NCBI GenBank assembly: GCA_015134435.1
Contig: CP043989.1
Coordinates: 60,001-92,000, forward strand
Direction of reading: 5' to 3'
Length of the DNA: 32,000 nt
DNA from: Candidatus Saccharimonadota bacterium
Lineage (GTDB): Bacteria > Pseudomonadota > Gammaproteobacteria > Enterobacterales > Enterobacteriaceae
Shown: in pieces, positions 1-11,547 of the stretch
Layout: each line of letters starts with the position of its first letter
How positions within the stretch are numbered: position 1 is the stretch's first letter
Made by a program: the position numbers and the translations under genes
Notes under the pieces: generated by a model
Told to the model about the DNA's origin: nothing
The model's input: only the letters and a program-made list of their open reading frames with translations
The model's database searches: none

Positions 1-148
1 TAATAAAATTTAATATTGAATCTCCTAAAAATTCTAATCTTTCATTATGATTATTATTATAACTTCTATGTGTTAAAGATAAAATTAATATTTTTTTATT
101 AATAAATTTATATTTAATTTTTTTTTCTAAAAAATGTATTTTAATCAT
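1..148 (-). CDS. rnc: Ribonuclease III, N-terminal part (gene runs off the left edge)
   Basis: Minus-strand ATG at 148-146. The translation [49 protein letters not shown] carries the RNase III signature ERLEFLGDS. It lies directly downstream of lepA-lepB, as in the conserved lepA-lepB-rnc operon. Confidence 0.9.
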   Translation of the reverse strand, partial: MIKIHFLEKKIKYKFINKKILILSLTHRSYNNNHNERLEFLGDSILNFI

Positions 149-155
149 AAAATTT

Positions 156-1040
156 TTAAATAATTTTACCTATTCTATTAAATCTTATTCCAGTTGGAAA
201 AAAATTTTCTTGTTTTTTTATACTTATTAATATATATTCAGCTTTACCTATAATTAAATTTTTATTTATAAATCCTAAATATCTACTATCTTCACTATTA
301 TCTCTATAATCTCCCATAACAAAATACATATTTTTAGGTATAATTCATATTTTTTTTTTATTTTTTTTTATATTTTTATTTTTATATAAAGTTAATAATA
401 TTTTATGATTATTATTTTGAATATATTCTATTTTTTCTATTAAAAAAATAATTTTTGAAAATATTTTTTTATTTAATTTAATAAAATTAATATTATTAAT
501 ATTTCAAAAATTTTCATATATATTATTATTAATAATATATATTTCTTCTATTAATTTACTTAATAATATATTTTTATATTTAACTATATTTTTTTTATTA
601 TATTTTTTTTTAATATTATTATATTTATATATATATATTTTTTTATTTTTTTTATTATATATAATTTTATCGTTAGGTAATCCAATTATACGTTTTATAT
701 AATTTATATTTTTATTTTTTGGATATTTAAATACAATTATATCTCCATATTTTGGTTTATTTATATTTATTATATTTTTATTATTAAATGGATTTTTTAT
801 ATTATATTTTATTTTATTTACTAAAATTATATCTCCAATTAATAATGTTGGTAACATAGAAGCTGATGGTATTTGAAAAGATTCATATATAAATAATTTA
901 ATTATAGATATAAATATTAATGTAATTAAAATTTTTTTAAATTTTATAAAATATATATTTTTTTTATTTTTTTTTTTAATATTAAATTTTATTATTAATA
1001 AATTTATTAATATAAATATAAATATTATTTTATTATACAT
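156..1040 (-). CDS. lepB: Signal peptidase I
   Basis: ORF 504..1040 continues through in-frame TGA (504-506 and one more) to TAA at 156-158, giving 294 aa. It has the catalytic-Ser box [10 protein letters not shown], then [19 protein letters not shown] and a C-terminal [13 protein letters not shown] box (GDNRxxSxDSR type). It sits 18 nt downstream of lepA. Confidence 0.93.
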
Positions 1041-1058
1041 ATATATAATTTTTTATTT

Positions 1059-2855
1059 CTAAAATTTTATTTTTAATATTTTAAAATATATTTTTGGTGA
1101 TATTAAAATATTTCCTCTTTTTTTTAATTTTTTTTTACCTTTTTTTTGTTTATTTAATAATTTTTTTTTTCTTGTAATATCTCCTCCATAACATTTTGAA
1201 ATAACATTTTTTCTAAAAGATTTAATTGTAGATGAAGAAATTATTTTATTATTACATTTTGATTGTATTTTTATTTCAAATTGTTGTTTTTTAATATTAT
1301 TTTTTAAAATATTAATTATATTTTCGCTATATTTTTTAATATCTTTTTTATTTAATAATACTGAAAAACCTTCTAATTTATTATTATTTATTAAAATTTC
1401 TAATAAATTAATATTTGATTTTTTATATTTTTTAAATTTATATTCAAATGACGCATATCCTTGGGAAATAGATTTAATAATATTATTAAAATTTGTTATT
1501 ATTTCATATGTTGGTAATTCATATTTTAAATAAACATTATTATTATAATATAATATTTTTTTTTGTACACCTCTTTTATTTAAACATAATTTAATTATTT
1601 TACTTAAAAATATTTGAGGTGTTATTATATTACATATTGATATAGGTTCTTGTATTTCTTTTATATTGTTTTTTAATGGCAATTTATTTGGATTTTCTAT
1701 ATATAATATTTTTTTTTTTTTTGTAATAACTTTATAAATTACATTAGGAGATGTTATTATTATATTTAAATTATATTCTTTTTTTAATCTTTCTTTTATT
1801 ATTTCTATATGTAAAATTCCTAAAAATCCACATCTAAATCCATTTCCTAATAAATATGAATTTTCTGGTTTAAATGTAAAAGAATAATCATTTAAACTTA
1901 ATTTTTCTATTGATTTTTTAAAATATATAAAATTTTTATTATTTTCAGGATATAAACTAGCATATATTTTAGATTTTGTTTTTTTAAATTTTGGTATTTC
2001 TTTTAAATTATTATTTTTATAATTTATAATTGTTTTTCCTATAGGATTAAAATATTTTTTATTTTTTATATTACATGATATTCATCCTATTTCTCCACAA
2101 TATAAATTATTTATTATTTTTTTTTTAGGTGTGTATATATATATAATTTTTACATTATATTTTTTATTATTAAAATTTATTATTTTAATAATATCATTTA
2201 TTTTAATTTTTCCATTAATAATTTTTATTAAAAAAAATACACCTAAATATTTATCAAAATATGAATCAATTATTATTGCTTTTAAAGGTAGTTTTTTATT
2301 TACTTTTGGATATGGTATATATTTTATAATATTTAAAATAATTTTTTTTATTCCTATTTTTTTTTTTGCAGAACATAAAATTATATTTTTTTTTTTAATT
2401 TTTAAAATATTTTTTATTTGATTTTTTATATTATTTATATCTTTATATAATAAATCTATTTTATTAATTATAATAATTATTTTTATATTTAATTTTTTTG
2501 CTATATTATAATTTGCAATTGTTTGTGCTTGTATTCCTTTTGTAGCATCTATTAATAATAATGCTCCTTCACATATATGTAATGATCTTATTACTTCATT
2601 ATTAAAATCTATATGACCTGGTGTATCTATTAAATTTAATTTATATATTTTATTATTTAATTTATAATTTAATGAAACACTTTGTAATTTAATAGTTATT
2701 CCTCTTTCTTTTTCTACTTCCATAGAATCTAAAATTTTAATTTTTTTTTTATTTTTTTTTTTTTTAGTACATATTTCTATAATTTTATTTGATAATGTAG
2801 ATTTTCCGTGATCTATATGAGCAATTATAGAAAAATTTCTTATATATTTTTTCAT
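1059..2855 (-). CDS. lepA: Elongation factor 4 (LepA GTPase)
   Basis: ORFs 2082..2855 and 1059..1682 are in the same frame and are joined through TGA codons, giving 598 aa. GTPase motifs AHIDHGKST, DTPGH and NKID are present. The C-terminus CYGGDITRKKKLLNKQKKGKK matches the E. coli LepA tail. The stop is TAG at 1059-1061. Confidence 0.96.
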
Positions 2856-2938
2856 ATTTAAATTTATATTATTATTTTAATTTAATAAATGTTATTATAA
2901 TAGAATTATATAATATAAATTTTATTTTGATAATAAAT

Positions 2939-4354
2939 ATGAAAAATAATATAATTACAAGATTTGCACCTAGTCCTACTGGTTATTTACATATTGGTAA
3001 TATAAGAATAGCTTTATATTCTTGATTATATGCAAAAAAAAATAATGGTAAATTTATTTTAAGAATAGAAGATACTAATTTAAATAAATTTAATAAAAAA
3101 TATTCTGATTATATATTATATGTTTTAGAATGATTAGGTTTATATTGAGATGATGAAATATATTATCAATCTGATCGTATTGATATTTATAAAGATATAA
3201 TAAATTATATGTTATTTAATAATTTAGCTTATAAATGTTTTTGTTCTATTAATAGATTAAATAAAATACGTAAAATATGTATTAAAAAGGGTATTAAACC
3301 TAAATATGATAATTTTTGTAGAGATAAAAATTTAAATTATAATAATATTCCATATGTAGTAAGATTTAAAAATTCTTTATATGGAAATATTGTTTTTAAA
3401 GATATTATATTTAATAAAATAATTTTTAATAATTATGAATTAGATGATTTTATAATACAAAGAAGTAATGGAATTCCTACTTATAATTTTTGTGTTGTTG
3501 TAGATGATAATTATATGTCTATAACTCATGTTATAAGAGGAGAAGATCATATTAATAATACACCTAAACAAATAAATATTTTTAAATCTTTAAATTATAA
3601 AATACCTAAATATATTCATTTACCTATTATATTAGATTTAAATAAAAAAAAAATATCTAAAAAAAATTTTTTATTTAATATAAAAAAATATATTAATGAA
3701 GGTTATTTACCTATATCTATATTAAATTATTTATTATTTTTAGGTAGATTAAATATTAATTATAAATTTAATAATATAAATGAAATGAAATATATATTTA
3801 ATTTATTTAAATTAAAAAAATCTTCATGTATATTAAATATGAAAAAAATTTTATTTTTAAATAAATATTATTTATCAAATGTTTCTTATAATTATTTAAA
3901 ATTATATTTTAAATATTATATTATTAATAATAATATAATTTTAGATTATTTAAATAATTTAGATGAAATAATATCTTTTATATTACCTAGAAGTTATTTA
4001 ATTAAAGATATAGTTAATTTTTGTTTAATATTTAATAAATATATATATTTTGATTCTTTACTTATAATTAAATATAAAAATAATTATTCTTATTTAATAT
4101 TATTATATTTATATAATAAAATAAAAAATTTATTTTTTTGAGATATAAAATATATTGATTTTTATATAAAGAAATTATTAAAAAAATTTAATTATTTAAA
4201 AATAAAATATATATATAAAATTTTACATTTTTTTATAACAGGTAAAGAAATAACTCCTAATATTAATAAAATAATTTTATTATTAAAAAAAAAAAAATTT
4301 TTATTTAGAATAAAATATTGTATTAAAAAATATTTATTTAATTTTATTAAATAA
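2939..4354 (+). CDS. gltX: Glutamyl-tRNA synthetase
   Basis: ATG at 2939. [47 protein letters not shown] carries the HIGH motif, with TGA at 3023-3025 at the conserved Trp. It continues in frame through ORF 3209..4141 (VIRGEDHINNTPKQ, KISKK as the KMSKS equivalent) and one more TGA to TAA at 4352-4354, giving 471 aa. Confidence 0.95.
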
Positions 4355-6052
4355 AATTTTTTTTAATTTTTTTAAAATATTAATATTGTTTTTATTATTT
4401 AAATAATTTAATATTGATTTTTTTTTTTTATTACTTATATTATTTATAATTTTAATATTTTTTTTATTTAATTTAATAAAATTTTTAAAATTACATATAA
4501 TTTTACTTATTTTTATTGATGTATATTCTCCAATATTTGGAATACATAATGAATAAATTAAATTATTTAATTTTATTTTATTTTTTGATAATTTTATTGA
4601 TATAATTATTTTATTTGCTAATTTATTTTTTATTTTTGGTATTTTTATTAATTTTTTTTTAGTTATTTTAAAAATATCTAATATAGATTTTATATATTTA
4701 TATTTTATTAATTTTTTTATTATATTTTTTCCTAAACCTATTATATTAAATGATTTTTTTGAAACAAAATGTGTTATATTATTAATAATTTGTTCTGGAC
4801 ATTTAGTATTTGAATAACATTTTGGTATTTTTTTGTTTGTATTTATTTTTTTTTTACAAAATGGACATTTTTTAATTAAATATTTATTATTATTTTTTTT
4901 AATTATTTTTACAATTTTTGGTATTACATTTCCTTTTCTTTCTATAACTACATAATCATTAATATTAATATTTTTTTTTTTTAAATAATTTAAATTATAT
5001 AAATTTATTTTTTTTATTTTTACTTTATTAATTTTTATTTTTTTTACATGAATAATTGGTATTATTACTCCATTTCTATTTATTTTAAAATTTATTTTTT
5101 TTACTTTTGTAATTTTTTTTTTTGAAGGGAATTTTCATGCTATACATCATTTAATATATTTATTATTTTTACCTATTTTTTCTTGTATATATTTATTATT
5201 AACCTTAATCATTATTCCATCGATTTCAAAATTTATTTTTTTTTTAATTTTTTTAATTTTTTTATAATATTTTTTTATATTATTAATATTTTTATATAAT
5301 TTAGTTTTTTTTTCTATTTTAAATCCTAATTTTTTTATTTTTTTTAAACTTTTATATTGAGTTAAAAAATTTTTTCTATTATTATTTATTATAATATCAT
5401 ATGCTATAAAAGATAATTTTCTTTTTTTTATTATTTTATAATTTAAAGTTCTTATTGTTCCAGAAACTAAATTTCTACTATTAGAAAAATTTTTATTTTT
5501 ATTTATTTTTAAAAAATTTTTTTTAGAAATATAAATTTCACCTCTAATTTCTAAAAAATTTATTTTATCTTTATGTTTTATATATTTAGGTATTGAATTT
5601 ATATATTTAATATTTTTTGTTATATCTTCTCCGTATAAACTATCTCCTCTAGTTAAAGCTTTATATAAATAATTATTTTTATAAATTAAAGTAATAGCTA
5701 CTCCATCTATTTTTAATTCACAACATAAATCTTTTATTTTATATTTTTTTTTAATATTATTTATATATTTATATACATCTTTGAAATAATAGCATTTTTT
5801 TATAGATAACATAGGTATATTATGTTTTAAAATTTTAAAATTTTTTATATATTTATAATGTATATTTCTATTAGGATTATTTTTATATTTTAAAAAAGGA
5901 TATTTTTTTTTTAATTTTTTTAATTTTTTATTTAAAATTTTATATTTTTTATTTGAAATTATATTTTTTTTTTTAAAAAAATAATAATAATTAAATATTT
6001 TAATTTTTTTTTTAATTTTTAAAAATTTTTTTTTAATTTTATTAATATTCAT
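4334..6052 (-). CDS. ligA: NAD-dependent DNA ligase, apparently without the C-terminal BRCT domain
   Basis: ORF 5147..6052 holds the adenylation domain with the KxDG motif (CELKIDGVA). It continues through TGA codons (WCIAWKFPS matches YAIAFKFPA of E. coli) into the OB fold, a four-Cys zinc finger (CPFCKKKINTNKKIPKCYSNTKCPEQ) and the HhH region. TAA at 4334-4336 gives 572 aa, against about 670 aa in E. coli. Confidence 0.92.
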
Positions 6053-6350
6053 ATTTTATTAAATAAATTTTATAAATATATAATATATTTAAAATATTTT
6101 ATATTTTAAAATAATAATTTTTTAATAATAAATAAATTAATATAATGTTATTTATTTAATTTTATATTATATTTAAAATTTTATAAATATTTATATTTTA
6201 TTTTAATTTATTTTATATATATTTTTATTTTAAATATAATAATTATTTTTTAATATAAATAATAATTTATTATTTTATTATTATATTATTTTTTTATTTT
6301 TATTTTTTATAAAAATATTTTAATTTAAATAATTAATAATTTTTAATAAA

Positions 6351-6434
6351 CGGAGGTAGAGAGATTCGAACTCTCGAACGATATACGTTTACGATTTTCA
6401 AGACCGTTGCCTTAAACCACTCGGCCATACCTCC
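6351..6434 (-). tRNA. tRNA-Ser, anticodon UGA (type II, long variable arm), no encoded CCA
   Basis: The reverse complement GGAGGTATGGCCGAGTGGTTTAAGGCAACGGTCTTGAAAATCGTAAACGTATATCGTTCGAGAGTTCGAATCTCTCTACCTCCG folds as a cloverleaf. The acceptor stem is 7 bp (GGAGGTA/TACCTCC). The anticodon stem is ACGGT/ATCGT with loop CT-TGA-AA. The variable arm is 4 bp (AACG/CGTT). The T arm is GAGAG-TTCGAAT-CTCTC. It is by far the most GC-rich island in the window. Confidence 0.95.
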
Positions 6435-6458
6435 TATATTATTTATAATATAATTATA

Positions 6459-7259
6459 TTATATTTTATATGTATAAAAATTAATTATATTGATTTTTTT
6501 TTTATTTAAAAAATTTTTAATTTTAATTTTATTATTAAAAATAAATTTTTGTTCTAATAATATATTTTTTTTAAATTTTTCATTAATTTTATATATATTA
6601 TTTTTTTTATTATTAGAATTTATTTTTTTTATATTTTTTTTTAATATATTTTTTGGAATATTTTTAATACTTATATATTTAGGATTCATAGAAGTTATAT
6701 GCATACATATTTGTTTTATATATTTTTTATTTATTTTATTTTTATAAGTATTTATTTTTAATATAGTACCTATTTTTTTATTATAATGTAAATATTTATT
6801 TATATATTTACCTTTTAAAAAACAAATATTATCTATTAATATATTTTCATTAAATTTTAATATTAAATATTGTATTTTTTTTTTAAAATATTTTTTTATT
6901 TTTTTTAAAATAAAAATTTTTTTTTTTAAACAGAAATTTATTATTTTTTTAGAAAATTTTTTAAAAATAATATTTTTAGATGTAAAATCTGTTTCGCATA
7001 ATAATTTTAACATAATTGCAATATTATTTTTTATTTTATTTATAATTATTCCTTTTTTAGGCAAATTATTTTTTTTAATTTTATTTTTTTTTAAAAATAT
7101 TATAGATTTTTTTAAATTATAATTATTTTTTTCTAAAGCTTTTTTACATTTTTTTATACTTATATTTGTTAAATTTCTAATTTTTTTTATTAAATTTATA
7201 TTATTTTTTTTATTATTATTATTTAATTTATTGTTTTGCATATAATATTTAAATATCAT
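6459..7259 (-). CDS. tsf: Elongation factor Ts
   Basis: The ORF 6459..7259 is 266 aa. LIKKIRNLTNISIKKCKKALEKNNYNLKKSIIFLKK matches the EF-Ts N-terminal UBA-like domain, LLCETDFTSKN matches VNCQTDFVAKD, and MHITSMNPKYI matches MHVAASKPEFI. The start is uncertain: ATG at 7259, or ATG at 7241. Confidence 0.9.
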   Translation of the reverse strand: MIFKYYMQNNKLNNNNKKNNINLIKKIRNLTNISIKKCKKALEKNNYNLKKSIIFLKKNKIKKNNLPKKGIIINKIKNNIAIMLKLLCETDFTSKNIIFKKFSKKIINFCLKKKIFILKKIKKYFKKKIQYLILKFNENILIDNICFLKGKYINKYLHYNKKIGTILKINTYKNKINKKYIKQICMHITSMNPKYISIKNIPKNILKKNIKKINSNNKKNNIYKINEKFKKNILLEQKFIFNNKIKIKNFLNKKKINIINFYTYKI

Positions 7260-7891
7260 TTTATAGATTTTATTGAATCATCGTTTCCTGGTATAATATA
7301 ATCTATATTTTCTGGATTACCATTAGTATCTATTATTGAAAATATTTTTATTTTTAATTGTTTTGCTTCTTTTATTGCTATTTTTTCATGTTTACAATCT
7401 ATTACAAAAATTGCATTAGGTAATCCTTTCATATTTTTAATTCCTTCTAAATTATTTTTTAATTTTTTTAATATTTTTTTTTTAATTATCATTTCTTTTT
7501 TAATTAATTTTTTAAATATTCCTGTATTATATTGTTTTTCTAATTCTTTTAAATATTTAATAGATTTTTTTACAGTTTTTCAATTTGTTAAAGTACCACC
7601 TAATCATCTTTTATTTATATAAAATTGATTGCATTTTATGGCTGTTTTTTTTATTAATTTTGAAGCAGATTTTTTTGTACCTATAAATAATATTTTGTTT
7701 TTTTTTTTTTGTAATTCTTTTAATTTTTTAATTGCTATTTTAAATAATTTAATAGTTTTATTTAAATTTATAATATGAATATTATTATATTTAGTATATA
7801 TAAAAGGTTTCATTTTTGGATTTCAATATTTAGTTTGATGACCAAAATGTATTCCTGCTTTTATCATTTTTTTTATTGAAAATTTTATCAT
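7223..7891 (-). CDS. rpsB: 30S ribosomal protein S2
   Basis: ATG at 7891. [32 protein letters not shown] matches the S2 N-terminus (AGVHFGHQTRYWNPKM). The frame runs through ORFs 7604..7813 and 7256..7492 via TGA=Trp. Under code 4 the TGA at 7256-7258 is read through, and the first true stop is TAA at 7223-7225 (222 aa). Confidence 0.9.
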
Positions 7892-7982
7892 TTTTTTCTC
7901 ATTTTTATTTTAAAAATATATTTTTTATATTATTATATAATTATATTTTATTTAAATATATATATAAAATTTGGATATTAAA

Positions 7983-8726
7983 ATGATTATTAAAAATAAT
8001 AAAGATATAAAAAAAATGATTAATGTAAGTAAAATTGCTAAAAATATTTTATTATATATTTCAAAATATATTAAAGCAGGTATTTCTACAGGTTATATCA
8101 ATGATTTATGTCATAATAAAATTATAAATTATTATAAATCTTATCCAGCTGTTTTAGGTTATATGAATTTTCCTAAATCTATATGTACTTCAGTAAATGA
8201 TGTAGTTTGTCATGGTATTCCTAATTATAATTTTATTTTAAAAAATGGTGATATTATTAATATAGATATTTCTATTTGTAAAGATAAATATTATTCTGAT
8301 GTATCAAAAATGTTTTTTGTTGGTACTCCTAATATTAATGTATTAAAATTATGTAATATTACTTATAATAGTATTTTTTATGCTCTTAAATGTGTTAAAA
8401 ATGGTAATAAGTTAAATTTAATTGGTAAAAATATACAAAAATATGTTGAATATTATGGTTATTCTATAGTTAAAAATTATTGTGGTCACGGTATAGGTAG
8501 AAAATTACATGAATTTCCTCAAATTTTACATTATAAAAATGATTATAATTTAAGTATGAAAACTGGTATGATTTTTACAATTGAACCTATGGTTAATTTA
8601 GGACATAGTGATACATATATTATGGAAGATGGATGAACAGTAAAAACAAAAGATGGTAGTTTATCTGCTCAATATGAACATACTATTTTAGTAACTAAAA
8701 ATGGTTATAAAATATTAACTATTTAA
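7983..8726 (+). CDS. map: Methionine aminopeptidase (type I)
   Basis: Metal ligands are conserved: GDIINIDISICKDKYYSDVSKMF (two Asp), CGHGIG (His), FTIEPM (Glu) and QYEHT (Glu). TGA at 8634-8636 falls on the conserved Trp of DGWTVKTKD. TAA is at 8724-8726. I prefer ATG 7983 as the start over the TTG at 7971 used by the ORF track. Confidence 0.94.
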
Positions 8727-8730
8727 TTTT

Positions 8731-9492
8731 TTAATAATTTTTTCTATAATAAATTTCTTTAATTTCTTTTCATATTATTTTTATTATTTTTTTTTTTTTT
8801 TTTTTATTTAAATTTAATTTTTTTATATATAAAATATTTTTATTTATATTTATTTTTTTTTTAATCATTTTTGTATAAAATATATTTTCATTATATATAT
8901 TTATATCTATTAAATCATAAATATTTTTATTTTTTTTTGATATGAAATTTTGTATTGAATTTATTTTATTATCTATAAATATTTTTTTATTTTTTATATT
9001 TATTGAAAATCCTCTTATTTTATAATCTATTATAATTAAATCAGATTTAAATTTTGAAATTAAATAATTAATTAATTTTAATACTGTAGTTGATCCATAT
9101 ATATATATATTTATATCTATTTTTATTATAATTATATTTTTTTTAAAATTATTTTCTTGATATATATTTATAAATATATAATTTTTATTTATATTTGATA
9201 TTATATTATTATTTTTATTATTTTTTTTTTTAATTTTTTTAATTAATATTATAATATTTATTTTTTTAAAATTATTTTTTTTTATATAAAGATTTATTAT
9301 TTTATAATTTATTATTTTTAATATTTTTTTTATTATATTTTTAATTTTAATTTTATTATATTTTTTTTTAAAATAATTAAATATAATTTTTTTATTTTTA
9401 ATAAAATTTATATAATATATTTTATAAATATAAAGATTTAAATTTTTAATTAAATTATCAGAATTATATATTTTATTTTTTTTATGTTTCAT
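8731..9492 (-). CDS. speD: S-adenosylmethionine decarboxylase proenzyme homologue (E. coli SpeD class), with the processing-site Ser replaced
   Basis: ORF 8770..9492 plus read-through of TGA 8770-8772 to TAA 8731-8733 gives 253 aa. It aligns without gaps to my recalled E. coli SpeD: LKLINYLISKFKSDLIIIDYKIRGFSINIKNKKIFIDNKINSIQNFISKK vs [62 protein letters not shown] vs NVYQENIFHTKM, and the tail WKEIKEIYYRKNY vs WKEMREIYYGRNM. Confidence 0.85.
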
Positions 9493-9643
9493 AATTTTTT
9501 ATATTAAATATATATATATTATAAAAAAATTATTTTTTAAATTTATTATTTTATATTATTATATAATATTTTATATTAATTGTTTATTTTATTTTTTTAT
9601 AATATTATATATTTTATTTATTTTTTTATATTATTTATATTAA

Positions 9644-11227
9644 TTATTTTTTTAAAGATATTATTTGATTTAAAATTATTTTTTTTTTATTTTTTTTTAT
9701 AAAATAACCTTCTCTTTCTAATTGAAATATTTTATTTTTATTATTTAATATATCTTTATTTATATATCCTTTTTTTTTAATTATAGATTTTTTATTAATA
9801 TATTTTAAAAAATTTTTTTTTTTATTTATATTATTTTTTTTAAATAAATAATTAAATAATTTAAATTTTATTTTAATAGAATCTTTTTTAGATATTCAAT
9901 GTATTATTTTATATTTTTTTTTATAATTTTTATTTTGTTTTAATATTGAAAATTTTATATATTTTATTTTTTTATTTTTTTTAAATTTAATTTTTTTAAA
10001 TTTTATTATTTTTGAATATTTTAATTTTATTTTTAATTTATTTAATTTTTTATTTTTTTTTATTTTTAAATCGTTTTTATCTATATATATTTTTTTATAT
10101 AAATTTATTTTTCTTTTACCAAATTTTTTATTATATGGATGATTTTTTATATATATAATATTTTTTTTTTTAATATTTGTTAAAATTATTTTTATTGGAT
10201 TTATTATACCCATAACTCTTGGAGATATTTTATTTAAATCTTTTCTTAAAAAATTTTCTATTATATTAATATTTATTACACTTTCTTGTTTACTTATACC
10301 TAAACATTTACAAAAATTTAATATAGATTTTTTTGTATAACCTCTATTTTTCATTGCTATTAAAGTCATTAATCTTTGATCATTTCAATTTTTTATTATT
10401 TTTTTTTTAATTAGTATATTAATTTTTCTTTTAGAAGTTAAATTATTACTAATATTTAATCTAGAAAATTCATATTGATTTGATTTATGACTTATATTTA
10501 TATTATTTAAAATTCAATTATATAATAATTTATTATTTTGAAATTCTAAAGTACATAAGGAATGTGTTACTTTTTCTATAGAATCAGCTATACAATGAGC
10601 AAAATCATATGTTGGATATATACATCAATTATTTTTAGTTCTTATATGACTTAAATATTTTATTCTATACAATACAGGATCTCTTAATATTATATTTTTA
10701 GAACTCATATTTATTTTAGCTCTTAAACATACTTCTCCTTCAGAAAAATATTTATTTTTCATTTTATTAAATAAAATAATATTATCTTTTATACTTCTAT
10801 TTCTAAATGGACTATTTTTACCTTTTTTTAATAAAGTACCTCTATATTTTTTTATTTTTTTTTTAGATAATTCATCTACATAAGCTAAATTTTTTTTTAT
10901 TAATTGTAAAGCATAATAATAATATTTATTAAAATAATTTGAAGTATATTTTATATTTTTATTTAATTTATAACCTAATCATTTTATATCTTTAATAATA
11001 CATTTAATATATTTTTTTTTTATTGTACTAGGATTAGTATCATCAAATCTTAAATTACATATACCATTATAATATTTAGCAATTTCGAAATTTATAAATA
11101 TTGATTTTGCATGACCTATATGTAAATAACCATTAGGTTCAGGTGCAAAACGTGTTATAATTTTTTTATATTTTTTATTTTTTATATCTTTATTTATTTT
11201 TTTATATATAAAATTTTTTTTATTCAT
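9644..11227 (-). CDS. glnS: Glutaminyl-tRNA synthetase
   Basis: ATG at 11227. [24 protein letters not shown] carries the HIGH motif, followed by [10 protein letters not shown]. The frame continues through several TGA codons and ORF 9896..10369 to TAA at 9644-9646 (527 aa). The C-terminal FQLEREGYF matches E. coli FQFEREGYF. Confidence 0.94.
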
Positions 11228-11547
11228 TTTTTTTAATATAAATTTATATTTATAAATTAATAATTTTAATTATTTTATTTATATATTTTATAATTTATTA
11301 ATGTATTAAATTTAATTTTAAATATTATATTTTTAATTTATAGTTTTAATATTAAATATATTATATATTTTATTTAATATTTTTATAATATTAAATATAT
11401 TTATTTATTTTTATTATTTTAATTTTATATATTATAATATTTATTATTTATTTTTATAATATATTAATTAATTTAATATATATTATTTTTATATAATAAT
11501 TTTATAATATTTATTTTTTTTATTAAAATTATATTTTTGGTATTATA

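Noticed and set aside
2131-2421. Plus-strand ORFs rich in F/I/L/Y that look like small membrane proteins. The set is 2131..2421, 6490..6747, 14104..14298, 15048..15251, 16128..16322, 29824..30198, 31180..31365 and 31744..31998.
   Set aside because: Each lies entirely antisense to a well-supported conserved gene (lepA, tsf, ihfA, pheT, holA/leuS). Poly-Lys/Asn/Ile coding (AAA/AAT/ATT) automatically yields open Phe/Ile/Leu frames on the opposite strand. None shows any family signature.
6053-6350. The long AT-only spacers 6053-6350 and 11228-11547 as candidate regulatory RNAs or small ORFs.
   Set aside because: They have no open frame of meaningful length and no G/C to build stems. Both lie upstream of gene starts (ligA; glnS and rnz, which are divergent) and are most simply promoter-containing spacers. 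I cannot pick out specific -35/-10 boxes, because TATAAT-like strings are everywhere.
7971-7982. The TTG at 7971 as the map start codon (ORF track).
   Set aside because: An in-frame ATG at 7983 gives an N-terminus of normal length. The four extra codons have no support, although the TTG cannot be formally excluded.
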